From assembly GCF_000143415.4 (NCBI RefSeq), contig NW_003314266.1:1014463-1078462 (forward strand): a stretch of 64,000 nt of DNA. Reading direction: 5' to 3'. Positions within the stretch are counted from its first letter, which is position 1. Each line of letters opens with the position of its first letter. Below the pieces are notes generated by a model that was not told the origin of the DNA, made no database searches, and was given only the letters and a program-made list of their open reading frames with translations. The position numbers were made by a program, and so were the translations under genes. Origin of the DNA: Selaginella moellendorffii. Lineage: Eukaryota > Plantae > Lycopodiophyta. Below, one piece after another: positions 35,705 to 48,900 of the stretch.

Positions 35705-38569
35705 GGCTCCTCGATCGATCGCTCGAGAACGAGGAAGAGAGAGAGAGAACCCTCGGTGCCCCTGACCTCACATTTCCAGTTTAAAAGCCCTTTTAATTTA
35801 ATGGATGCCGTTAATTCTAGGGCTTCTTTATTAACGCCAATTTTTGTTCGCTAGATCTTTGCAAGAGTCTTGCAATCTCCATGTAATCCAGGTCCACCAC
35901 CAGGCTCTTGAATGGGAAGGGCGATTGTTTTTACCTTGCTAATTTAGATAATATTTCCCAACCATGTAAAGAGAGCCAACCTGCAGAACATATAGGAACA
36001 CTAAAAAGAAGTGAGAAACGAAGAACAAAGCTTGAATGAATTCCACTGCACACCTCTTGCATCAATCCTTTTCGGAAGTTTGGACTTCACTGCAAAAAGG
36101 TTCCAAAGAGAGATTCTTATGTATTTTAAAAATGCTTTCTTTCATTTTTCTCGTAGAGCATTTCCGCTCTGTACCTGTGGCAAAGGTTATTAGTATACAA
36201 TGATAGATACAAAACATACCCTAAGATACTAGCAAACAAAGCTTGTCTCTTGGCTTCCAGCACAACCCTTGCTTGTCACACAACCAATGCTTCTGCAGCA
36301 ACATGGCATTAGTTCTTTGGCCGACTGTTCTGCTGCTGCTTCTGCATTTGCCCGCTTCAACCCCTGTGCCGTTGCATTCATCCCCTCCATCTGAGCAGCC
36401 TTGCGTTTAGTAGCATTAGCGGCAGCCGCAGCTGCTTTTCGGACTGCTGTTTAGATATTCTTTGTGCCGGGTTTAAATTTCATTAGAGACATGCAGTTAT
36501 TCCTCTCCACTTGCCATCATCTTCTTCCAGAATTCAACAAAGTGAAATACAAACCTTGTCATCGTGATGCCTCCCGAATTATGTTACTTGATCACGTGGT
36601 TGATGAACTTGTTCAGACTGCAAAACTCGATCCTAAATAATAGATGAGAAGTTCTGCAAGCTCATGGGAGCAGCATTCTCCCAACCTTCTCATGGTCATG
36701 CTAATAAGCTGCTCTTGGAAACTTGTGGTAAGCTATAAAGTGTTCCCTTAGGCCGAGCCTCTAACATGTTATAGACCATGTCTGCTTAACCACAAACTAA
36801 ACTTTTGATGAGTCTAGATGCATCAATTTGTAGGCTTCATCCTTTGTGAGCGTGTCTGCATTGTCAGTGCCCAAGACCAAAAAGCAAAGTTGTGCTCCTA
36901 TGTACCTCCACCACTTCCAGCACCATCCTGCTCTTAAAATCTGCTCCCTTCCTATGGGCTTCCCATTATGTGGTGTTGATATATTTGTACAATGGCTCCA
37001 CTGTAGTGTATGTATTCATGTTGAAATACATGATAGCTCTCCCTCTTCAGTGAGTCAGTGAGTACACATGTTGTCTTGCCCGTGGCTTCCCATCATTCGA
37101 AACAAGCCTTGGTTTACTGTTCATGATCTTAAGAAAATCTTTTGCTCTGCCTCAGACATATCTACATATACCTTTGGTTTCTTAGGGGGTGGCAAATCTG
37201 GGTAGTCTGAGAACAATAATGTGCAAATTACACATGATCTTTCAAACTTTACTTCGCATCAGAGACTGTGGAGACCCAAACCATTGCACAAGACAAGGCT
37301 GGTGTGATAAGTGGTGACAAGCTTGAAAAAACTAAGAAAAATTAGTTTAAAGCAATTGCCAAACTCACTTCACAGCAATATGAGCATGGGAGTGCTGATC
37401 TCATCCTGGACTCCAGCGCCAAATCATCCATGGGGAAGCCGGCTCATATAATCATGACAAGATCCTGTTGGGGCTGTCAATGCATTGGTTGATATGCAAT
37501 AATGTTAATCATGTATATATAAATTACAAACATACTTATAATTATAAACTTTATTTCATCAATTGGATTAATAAGTAATAATAACATTACTATTAAGTAA
37601 ACCAAGTATTGCTACATGCAACACATAACAATTTATTTAAACTACCACTAAAACCTTAACCAAATATTCTTTTGTGTACTAGAATACTCTAAATCAACAA
37701 CTCTTTATTAACTTGGCTCCCTGTGTTAGCAAATCCTCCCAGCCTCCCTGTGAGATGATAGAATAAAAAAGAATATATTAGAAAAGGTTTTAGAAAGTTT
37801 ATAAATTATAAATACAAGATTAATCTAAATGAATAACAACCGTTAGATGGTAGAATATCCTAGAATATCCAAGCATATTCTATGTATATCCACTACCATT
37901 CTACACGTTTGCTTAAGCAAACCAACAAAATTAATAATTTTAATAATATTTAGATCTGTGTATCTAATATTAGTGGCAATAGTTGCTATTAAATAGAGGT
38001 TTGGTTTTATCAAATAATTTATAAAAAATATTATTTTAAAATTTAATAATTTAATTTTTATACTATTTATTTTATAATGTATATTTATATTAATTTTTTT
38101 ATTTTTACTATAAAATCTGTTTGAGTGTAATTACAAGAAATGCCTTTGTGAGGTCTAAATGTACAGCTACAATATCATATATTAATATTAGCATAGTGGG
38201 ATTTTGGTAGCCATCGGATTGATTTCAATCTGAACCACTCATTCCTGTATATAAGCTATGGTTTTTGGGCTAATTGATATATATATTTCTTGTATTCTCT
38301 TTCATATTCTATGCATTCACATTAGTGATTATCCCCCAAGGAGTGCTAAGATTTGGGATTTTAGTTTAGATCTAGATTTGCATTGTCTAAATTTCCCATT
38401 TTCTTATTACTTTTGGGATTTTAGATCTAGCTTTTATATTGAATAGATTTCCCTTTTCTTATTGCTTTTCTTAATTTCTTCTCTTTTGCTCTTTCTTTTT
38501 CGTTTATCTTTATGGCAAAGTAGTAGTTTCCTCTTCTTTTCACTCTAGAGCAACAATTGGTGCAATTAT

Positions 38570-40469
38570 TCAATACTATGTGGTTGCAATTGAACAATTA
38601 AACTCAATTGATGGCAACATTCACAATGCATGGTATAATTCTTTCTGCTCTTGCTGCCAATTGTTACATCCGGCTAGAGGTCTTCTATAGGAATCTTAGG
38701 GATGATGTGTACCATTAGTTCGATCACTTTATGATAATTGCCACATATCATTTTTGAAATGATACTCAACGTTTGCGAAAATTTCCCATGTGTCTCCAAA
38801 TGATGGCATTATAGTGGTACAATGGTTTGAGTGCAACCACTTATAGAGATTAGAGTATTTTCCTAGATATTATCAAATGCACATTTGGATATGTAAATGA
38901 TTATGATAATGCCTTTCAACAATTGCATTGTATTTATCAAAAACCATTTGAGTTGGTGATGCAATTTAGCGTTTATTTTCGAAGCCTCTTGCTTTGTGTA
39001 AAGCCAAATATGTCAACATGGATCAAGCTAGGAATGTTGTGGCCAGTATTTCATCAAAATTTGGTAAGACTTGTGCATGCATTTGCTCTAACCACCCTTG
39101 GCAATGCTTTTTGTTTGGCACAACATTATAAAATGTTGCCTTTTCCACTTTTTATTGCATATCTTTCAGCTCTATTTCCTATAGGAGATAGTCCTATTCC
39201 AATGGAGGTTGATGCTGCTACTACCCGAGTTCAAGGACTAAGATAAGGATGTGGTCATCGCTGTGATGTTCATTGTTGGACATGTGATAAAGTTGGTTAG
39301 ACTTATCAGCGTTAGTAGCATTTTCCAGATTAGCAATCTCTATTTCCCTAGATAGAGACCTTGGCATCAACAACATCCTATGTAAGCTCCTGAGTTTGGA
39401 CTTCCCGGGAGGTCACCCAGCCCAGTACTATTCAAACCCAAGGACGCTTAACCCCAAATATCCCAAGACCCTTAACCGATTGGAAAAGGGGGTGCACTCT
39501 TGTTTATGGGCCCTTTCCCTCTATATTTGAACCCCTATGGATCGTCTCTCGAGTCGTTCCCTTTGGTTGCTTACAATCCACCACGCTTCCCTGCAAGTTC
39601 ACGCCCTCGTGAACGGAAGCTGAGAGCCGCAGCTTTCCCGAGAGCCTCGCTCTCTTGACACCCTACCCCTCGGGTCGAGCCCAGCGGGAGCAAACTGGAC
39701 CAGCCAGATGTCAATCAACATGTGGTGCAATTCCCCTAAGCCAACCAACAGAGTCGGACCCAAGACCTCTCTGATATCAAATGTAAGCTCTTGAGTTTGG
39801 ACTTCCCGGGAGGTCACCCAGCCCAGTATTATTCAAACCCAAGGACGCTTAACCCCAAATATCCCAAGACCCTTAACCGATTGGAAAAGGGGGTGCACTC
39901 TTGTTCATGGGCCCTTTCCCTCTATATTTGAACCCCAATGGATCGTCTCTCGAGTCGTTCCCTTTGGTTGCTTACATCCTATTGGTGTTATTGTAATGGA
40001 AGGTTTGGACATTGAGATGCATTTGAGAAATGAGGAATTGTGCAAATAACGAAGGGATTTTACATAACTAAGGTAGTGACCCTTTCATTTTTCTTTTGGG
40101 AGATCATCAAGGGGTTCACTCAACATTAGTTCATCTAGTGTTTACTTTTTAAGCTTGTTTTTATAACAAGAGGTTTCCTATTATTCTTTCTATGGTGGTT
40201 AATACAAGCTTGAGTTTATCTTCTATTGTTCAACCTACTGCCACACGTTACCATCTATATTTGCATTTTGTAGCAAAGCTAGTTTTTATTCTTTATGGTA
40301 ATGGTTGTATATACACATGTGCATAGGATGAGGCAAATGTGCATGTAGGTGATGTTGAGCTTAAGTTGCAATCATTGCAGGTGGTGTTGAGTCAAGCTTT
40401 TGACCTCTATCTTTGGTATGGATTTGTTGCAACACAATCATGCCAAGTGTGATTTTGAGGTTTTTCACC
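38570..40469 (+). mobile_element. Decayed Ty3/gypsy gag(-protease) region, interrupted by Cassandra
   Basis: GDSPIPMEVDA gag motif at ~39184-39216 followed by an eroded CxxC zinc knuckle (CWTCDKVG); many stops; boundaries approximate. Confidence 0.55.
39381..39976 (-). mobile_element. Cassandra TRIM (5S-rRNA-derived LTRs), complete
   Basis: 195-bp TG..CA LTRs at 39381-39575 and 39782-39976 (4 mismatches), 206-bp internal region, Met-type PBS, 5-bp TSD TCCTA; LTR contains GTTAAGCGTCCTTGGG..AGTACTGGGCTGGGTGACCTCCCGGGAAGTCC, matching the 5S internal promoter region. Confidence 0.93.
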
Positions 40470-41018
40470 CTTGCCTCAGGGTGCGGACCATACTTGAGCT
40501 CACGAGTTGAAGAGTTGAGCTCACGAGTTGAGCTCAATTTTCAATTGTAATTTAGTACAAACATTATAAACTTTAAAATTTTAAGGTTATGGAGAACCTA
40601 ATAATTTCATAATTCTCTATATATTATATAGATAAAAATGTTCTAAAGGACACTTCTTGTTCTAATATTTTAAATATTTACTACATGCAATGATAGGGAC
40701 GTTTGTTAGAACATAAAATAAAATGTTTTCAAGAAGAGTATTCTTGTAAGTTCTTTAAATTTGTACTTTGTGCTTTTTGGCTAGTAAATGTTAGATTTGT
40801 CAGACTTAAAAAACTATTAAATTTGAAATAACATTCTATGTAAAGCCATATAACCATTTGTAAAGGAAAAAAATAACCGTTGATGTAAATTTATTGCATA
40901 TAAAAGAAGGACTTGGTTCTTTCTAGAATGCATTTTTGAGGGGTTTGTTATAGCATATTGTCTAAAATTTAGAAATCTTCATTCACACTCTCATTTGAAA
41001 AAAGGGAAATACACACAA

Positions 41019-41465
41019 ATGTCTATAGGTTCTAGTGTTGGTAATTTTAATTCTCGCAATCTTTCTTCCCAGGGTTTAAGGGTTAAGAGATGCAATAACT
41101 ATCCCATTGCACAGCATAACCAAACAACACAAGAGAATGAAAGAGAGGATAGTGAGGATAATGATCATGAGTTGGAGATAAATGCAATGACAGAGGGTGC
41201 AACAAATTGGATGAAAAAGAATGCCCGTTTACTGATTGAATGCAATTCTACCACTTTCAAGAAATGCCCCATATATTTTTTAGCATCTAGTGGAAATAAT
41301 GGCAATGATCAATATGATGGTATATATGCTCTCGCGACACATTGCAACATCACACACCCGAAAGATTAACATGAAATCTTTTTTGAGATGGTAAAGATAG
41401 AAATGGAGACACACGAGTACTATAGGCAGTATTGCGAAAAGAACACTCGGAAGCATATAAAATGA
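41019..41465 (+). pseudogene. Small accessory ORF of the MULE (unknown function, one internal stop)
   Basis: MSIGSSVG...EREDSEDNDHELE...HCNITHPKD*HEIFFEM...; convergent with the transposase. Confidence 0.35.
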
Positions 41466-41544
41466 AAAAGCACATTTTTATTAATTATATAAAGTATAAT
41501 AAGTTTTATTGATAGAGAATAAACATCGCTAGTGTTGGAGAAAT

Positions 41545-44500
41545 CTAGTTAGCTCCAAAAGTTTTCTGCAACTCAGCAATAGTAAGGCTTGCTTGGTGTA
41601 TATGAATATTTACTTTAGGATCCTGGTGCAAGATGTTGATGAAGATGTAGTACATATGCTTGCAAGGAGCATATGCCTTCCTATGTTCCTCGCACTTCGT
41701 AAAGTTTGGACATGTGTAAGAAGGAAAGTCGTGAATGGCAATTGTGTACTCTCCACCTTCTGTTTTGACTATGTACTTCTTTGCAAGCGCAGTGATGTAC
41801 TTCGTGGAAAGAATCTCACACTCAAGTGTTTGAGCCAAGTTTATTTTACCTTGCTTCTGCTTGGAGACGGTACTAATAAATTTAACTGCCTTACCTTTTC
41901 GTGTTGGCCTCCTATGCATCTCTGTAGGAATAGTCCTAGTTCTGTCATTCATATCTCCAACTCTCCTCTCAAGATTGAAACTAGATTTCTCAAGGTTTTC
42001 AATCTCTTCCGAGGTGAGCACAACCCCATTAACAACCGGCCATTCTTTAGGTACTGCATTAGGTTTAGTCACTATAGTGTTTTCAAGCTGCTTCATATGG
42101 TTGGCATTGATGTTGCAACAATATAGCCAACACCATCTCGAAAATCTTGCTTGCTTTCGTTCCCCATAGAAACATGGGGCTGGAACAGAAGCAGATTTGT
42201 CACCACGAATCCAGGGCCAACACTTGCCCCTCGAAAGCATCCCCACACACCTTACATTTGATTTTGTTGGCACGTGTCGGATTGCCCATTGTTTCGGCTC
42301 CACGCTATGGTAAGCAATTTCAACCTATTGCGATGCACTCTCTTCATCAGCCACTTGAGGTGGCTCAGTCCGAGAGCGGTGTCTTGGAGCAGAATAGTAC
42401 TCGACATCAGGCCTATGAGAGCTTTTCACTCCAAGGTCTGTACCAACATCTTCCCCAGCAAAGGAAAAACGACTCTTTGAGCGGACAGTCTTCATATCAC
42501 CAATAGAAGCTCAGGGAGTGTACTCCATAGATGTGCCACGGACCACTTCCTCAACTGCAATTGCCACTATTCGGGCGGGTGGAGTTAATTTTCTCTTCAT
42601 CCTATCATGTAACATCTCAACAGAAGGCCCTGTTCCCATGTATCTTCCTTCCTCGAATGCTAGTGCTTTTGAAGATTGCTCTATAGCATGTATTAAATCT
42701 AATAGACAGGCTTCATATAAACTCATCTTCCCTTTCCCTACCTCAGAGGAGCACCAACTCCAATGCTTACTTTCAGAGAGATTCACAGTTGGGGTGTATA
42801 CGAGGTCCTCAAGTGGTTGATCCTAATGGAAAATGCAATATTAAAAGGTAATAAAAGGAGAAGAAAAAATAAAACCAACCTAAAAAGAGTGATGTCCCCA
42901 CTGAAACATCGTAACTTCCCACCACCCTAACCATGACTCAAGTTGTGGTAGGCAACTTACGTCTATATGGCCATCTTCACGCCACCACATTCGGATTTTA
43001 TTTGCTTTTGCCTCATGCTTTTCTTCAGAAAGTGCAACCTGCCATTGTTTGCACAACTCCTTAAATATTGATTGAAACTTTGGCTTGATAAGATAGCAGT
43101 GCTAGTTTAGGCTTTGAGCCAATGGAACTCATAAGTCCTCTCACGACCTTCCAATGGCTGACCATCCCCAAAAACTACTCAAACACCATTCTAGTTTGCA
43201 CCAGCCCTATTTGCCATGAAACTATGAAAGTTTGCAGGCTTACCAGTCCGCTTTAGGACAATATCGGAGAGGGACTTCCAAAATATTTTCTGTGTTATCT
43301 GGTCTTGTACTTTAAACTCTGCTGTCGCAATTGTTAAGTTACAATGTAGCCTATGAAAACACAAATATTACAACAATTTCAATATAATAAGAATAAACAT
43401 TACCTTGGATCATACACATGAGCTCCCATGGTTGTCTAACCTGATATGCGCTCCATATGGTCAAAATGTACCCATGCATTTGCAAGGTCACTGGACCCAA
43501 ACATGTCCATTCGGGAGACAAAATTTACACCAGAGGCAAGGCCTATGGTATACATTTTGAAGATGAAGGGGTGCTCTTGCTCATTCACAACTTGGTCTGG
43601 AAACAAACTTTCGTGGATGAACTCATATGGACAGGTTCGTTTCAATTCAAGGATGGAGTCAATTTTTGATTGCAACTTCCCCTCTTGAGATTCACACATC
43701 CAAAATTTTATCCTAAACAATATAATGTAAGAAAAAATTATTATTATAACATATGAAATATAGCAGATGTACCTCCTTAGGCTAGTAGCAGGTTGTACTC
43801 CTCGTAGTAAGTCCTGCAAGCTAGCCTCGTTTAGTTGAGTCTTTTGGCAACTTGAATTGAGTAAGGTGTTTGTGATAAAATTCTTGAGGACGGTCTTCTG
43901 AATATGCTTCAGAGTTGCAAATGAGTTTCTCATAGTCTCTTGCTGCACAACATCTTTGAAACGGTTGAAAAAACTCCTTTGTATCCCTTCCTATATTGGA
44001 TGCATGTGTGTGCCAACATGCACTGCAGCTCTTCCAGCCATTCCATCCCGTGGAAGAAAGTAGTATATCTTGGCCTTGTAGATAGTACGATATAGAGGAG
44101 CATTTTTGCAAAATCGACACTTGAATCTAACAGCAATGGTGTCACAGGTTGAAGGATTGACTACAGACCCTTCGAAAAATATAGAGTTTCTATAGCGGTC
44201 TCAATTGCATGCTTCATCACATAATCTAAATGCCCACCACAATGAACTATAGACATTATACCTTCAAAATGTTAGGAGTGTGTGGTTTTGATCTTGCACC
44301 AATTGTAGACATCTTGCTTGGTTTCTATCCCCTTCCATTTGGAACCTGTGCTACTAATAAGAGGTGGTAGCTCGAAGAAAATGTTGCCGTTGTAGGAGGA
44401 TGGAAGCTTACTAACAAACTTATACAAAAACAAGTGCACGTTGATTGAGAGGCGTGAAAATTGGAAAGCATTGTTAATGGTTTTGAATATTGCTGAAGTT

Positions 44501-44752
44501 GGAGCTAGAGCTAGAGCTGGAGCTGGAGCCGACACTAGCATGACTTTTCCACTTGAACTAAAAGAGGATAACGACTAACTCTTGCTTCACATTCATTTTG
44601 GCTAGAGCGCATTTTGGCATTTTGACTAAAGATCCAAACACTCGAATCTCCTTCGACTTAGAATTCTGTAAATCCCATTGTTGTCTGCCCTTGCCCACAC
44701 TAGAAAGAAGAAACTCTGAGTATGCAACTAAACCAGTGTCGTTGTGAATCAT
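41545..44752 (-). pseudogene. MULE transposase pseudogene (GCM/WRKY-type Zn finger, DDE core, SWIM), spliced
   Basis: CRFC...AVHVGTHMHP; WVHFDHMERISG*TTMGAHVYD (D1); FMANRAGAN*NGV (D2 mutated to N)...ERTYEFHW; NLSESKH (E); SWIM YTCPNF...PCKHMYYIF. Confidence 0.85.
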
Positions 44753-45773
44753 AGCCTCTAAAGAAATAGAGCCAAGACAAAGATCAAAACGCCAACATAA
44801 AAACTTTCAAAAACAATACTTTGAGAGAATGAAAGAGGTGGGTGATCTCGAAAATGAAGAAGAAACCTTTCCATCCTTCTCAATAGGTTTTGGAGTTTTC
44901 TCTCTTTATGCTACTTGTAAAAATCTATAGTGAAACATAATTGAAATTTAAATAGAGTAATAAGAAGACAACGTACAAAATGAAATTTAAATTCTATAGC
45001 AAATTTAACATATTCAAGTGTGACAGTATTAATATTACTGTCATCTATTATGATTTTTGATGCATGTATACTAGATCCAAGGAAGGATTTTCAGCACGTG
45101 AAGTTTGATAGTTAATAATGATACCAGTAATGACATTCTGCTATAGCGTGTCAAAAAAAGAGATCCAATTTGACTGTCAGTATGTGTGATATGTCAAGTT
45201 GTCAAATTTTAAGTGGTAGATGATAATAAATCTTGATAATAAATTTTGTCAGATCTTATTCTTCACTGACAGATTTGATTCGTAGTACAACTCAAGTTTT
45301 ATCCATAATTGTGAACATTGCTCAATAACATTTAAAGCACATGAGGATCTAATACAACACAAAATAAATTTCTAGATGAGGATTCATCCATTCATAGATG
45401 GATATAGTACAACATATTTTAACATGCCTTATTTATACTCTTTAAAGTTCTTGTAATGATTCCAAAATATGTACAAAATATTGATGAGAATGCATCCTTT
45501 CTAGATAATTTATAAAATATAATATCATATCTCTAATAACAGAAATGTCGATAGGTGCTAGTTATATCATCATTAAAATATACAAAATAAAGAAGCATAA
45601 TTTACATATAATAATAATGATAAGATAAAATAAGATCAAAGATATTGTGATGGTTGAGATTTAGGTTATTTGGAATGAACGGCCAGGATGAGAGATTGGT
45701 TAGGGTTAGGGCAGCCATCAGGATTAGGGTTAGGGTAGCTGCCAAGATTAAGTTACTGTTCGCACTGTGAGTG

Positions 45774-45921
45774 GAGCACGTAAGAGATCGAGAGATTGAG
45801 CACGAAGGAGATCGAGGGATTGAGCACGAAGGAGATCGAGGGATTGAGTGCGAAGGAGATCGAGCGATTGAGTGCGCAAGAGATGGATAGATTGAGTGCG
45901 CGAGCGGGAGAGATTGAGCGC
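45774..45921 (+). repeat. 24-bp tandem repeat (~5-6 copies) just upstream of the methyltransferase gene
   Basis: Unit GAGCACGAAGGAGATCGAGGGATT with variants. Confidence 0.85.
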
Positions 45922-45960
45922 ATAAGAAATCCAGCACGATCAAGAAATTGGGAAGGAAAG

Positions 45961-48900
45961 ATGCCACTAAGGGTGAGTTTCAATTTGATTGCTTCCACTT
46001 CCATTTTTTTCCTCTTGCTTCTTTGTTAATTGCTTCTTTAGGGCCAGCCACCTCGGGCAGTTTGGCCATCCGAGGGGTCGAGGTTATTTGAATAACCTCG
46101 GCCCCTCGGCTAACAAAACTGCCCGAGGTCTAGCGTGGGCCGGCCACCCCGGGCAGTTTTGCCAGCCGAGGGGCTGAGGTTATTTGAATAACCTTGGCCC
46201 CCTGGGCAACCAAAGTGCCCGAGGTGGAGTCTAGGCCCACTTGATTTTTTTTCTCTTTGACTGTTTGAATTTCTTATTATCTTTATTTAGTTTGACTAAC
46301 AAAAATTTTTCTCTTGTAGAAAAGGAAAATTATAACACATAAAAAGGTTGTTGGAGCCAAGAAGACACGAGAAGTTTAATTCAGCACTGACGACGACATC
46401 ACGATCGACATGTCCATTAGCACAACAAAGACACATTTATTTAGAGATTCACCACCTCCACCACCATCACCTCCACCATCACCACCTCCACCACCGCCAT
46501 CGCCACCTCCACCACCTCCATCACCACCTCCACCACCACTATCACCACTGCCACCACCACCATTGCCACCACCACTGCCACTATTGCCTCCGCCCACCAC
46601 CACCACCCCCACCATCACCACTACCACCTCCACCTTTACTCTTCACTAGCCCACCACCAATGCAAATCCCTGAAGTTGGGCAATTTAGTGGTGTTCAGGA
46701 TAGGGAACCTGAGGAACAGCTTGGAGCCGAAAGAGTTGCAGACCTTCCTGACAATATGGTGGACAAGTGCTTCCAAGAGACTGTTATGCAAACAAGGGAA
46801 AAAGTAGTTCACTAAACACTTGAGGCACTCAAGTGGCTAAGCCCTTGTGACTTAATCAGAGAAATCCCACTTTGCTGTTTGTAGTAGACGAACCTTGTCC
46901 GCACAGCATCCAAGTATGTCAACCCGGATATATACAGCTTGTTCAAACAATATGGCCTTGCAACAAACATCAGTATGTTTCTAATCTTTTTTTGCAAGCC
47001 ATGAACAATGGAGATCATTACCGTCACACCCGAGATTGTGAATAGCTGGGATCCTATTTGGAGGAGGAAGTCCCTAGAATTTGATGACATGCTTATCAGA
47101 CATCCTGAGACTCGACAGCTTGTGGGGACAATATTCCAAATTATTGACGGTAACTACCGATATGGAGCTTGGATGAAGTGTATCGACGATCACTTTCACA
47201 ATGATCCCGTCTACCATATCAATGTTCTAGTCAACCATGTTTACGCGAGGGGACCTTTGGATGTCAACAGACTTATCTTGGCATGCCAAAAGATCAATGT
47301 GTAAGTTTTATAGTTTACCTCTAACTCCACTTTAACTTGTTTTGTTATGTTTAAATGTAGGCCTGGGCAATTCGTTGTTCAAAAACAAAACCTTGTCCAT
47401 GACATCAAGCAACTTCGATTTTTGGCAGAATTGAGTGAGGATGACATCCGCCAACATTATGGTTATGATCTCGCAACACTTGTTCAACACTCATGCACTC
47501 AAAATGACAGTACAACTTAGTTCAACAACCCAATCAGTTTTATGCTCGCTATGTGGTGTAAGGTATGTCTTTTTCTTTTATTTTATAAAAGCCTCTTTTA
47601 ATTATTTTGGTTTTTAGCCTTTGGTGAAGGTCAAGCAAGATGCTTACGAACTTGCATATCCAGAGAAGAGTCGGGAAGAGCTCTCAGCTGAGTTCGTTCA
47701 AATTGAGCACAAAATTCAGCATGCAAAGTCCTTAAAGTTGAAGAAACTAGTATGCATAGCAGACAATCATAGGCCGAAGGAGTGGCTAGAGACTATAGCC
47801 GAAATTTCGTCTCATGAATGTAAGTTTCTTATCTCACTTCATTTTTCTCAATTATGCATATGTTACTTTTGCAGTGAACAAAACTCCAGATGACATGATT
47901 TACAATATCGCAAAATCGAAGCTTTCATATAAGCAACAGATAGAGACTCTGGAGTTCCTCAATGTCTGCTTGATGAACAGAGAGAAAGGACTGCCAGAAC
48001 TATTTGAGAACATGATGAGAAGGGCTATCTACATCACACAAACTATAAGTGAAGGTGAGAAGTTCTTAGCACCACACATTGGTGACGATCTAGATGGCAC
48101 ATTTATGTCTTTCGACACCTACATCAACACGTCATTGGAAAGGATCGAAGAGGGGTGGCTGCCAAAGAAGTCTACAAACACAACAACTTATGATTGCCAA
48201 CATGGTCAACCTTATTTCATGTGACGTACAGCTTACAAGTATAATATGATGTCTAAGACTATTTTTTAATATATATTGTTTACAAGTATCTTCAATATAG
48301 AGGCATGCCATTTGAGGCACCAGTTTGCACTCGACTTGTTGCAAAGGGTGTAAGGGATGGAAGAATGTACCCAACAATGTTTGCGAAAGTTCCAAAGGCA
48401 CAGAAGATAGAATGCCCTTGGGAGTTGGAGCTCCTAGGGAAGGAGACCTCTACACTAGATCGCGAAGAAGTTGTCAATACAAACAACGATGGCAATGCAA
48501 GTGACAATGGAGACAAGGATGAGGAAGTTCCAGATCAAGTTTGTGTTCCACTACCAGACAGCCAGAATCAGGCTCCAGTTCAACCATCAAACAACCAAGA
48601 TCCGGATCAAGTTCTACCAGTAAATAACGATGATCAAGTGGTTCACAAAATATCACGTCGACTTCGAGGTAAGCAAAAGTGAATTTTACAAACTAAAGGT
48701 GGTAATACATGTTTTTTGTAGCAATGACTGTTAGTAGTAATTTCATTCCAGCTCGACAAGATGCTCATGAAGAGGAGTTGGAGGAATTCTCATCGACAAC
48801 ATGCCATATGATGGTAGCATACTATTTGTTATTTTTTTCATTCACTTAGCTCTTTTATAGGTCTTTCCTATGTCCCCAATAACACAACAAGACATTATGG

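Noticed and set aside
34559-35854. Long antisense and alternate-frame ORFs over accD, NAGK, GIL1 and the PPR genes (e.g. 431 aa here)
   Set aside because: Shadow ORFs caused by very high GC3 of the real genes; no recognisable motifs.
35990-37480. Degenerate minus-strand coding-like fragments (e.g. AVRKAAAAAANATKRKAAQ)
   Set aside because: Stops and frameshifts with no identifiable family; probably an old pseudogene or TE, cannot be supported.
46348-46815. His-rich or extensin-like ORFs
   Set aside because: Frameshifted readings of the CCA/CCT Pro-rich linker of the MULE MTase gene, not a separate extensin.
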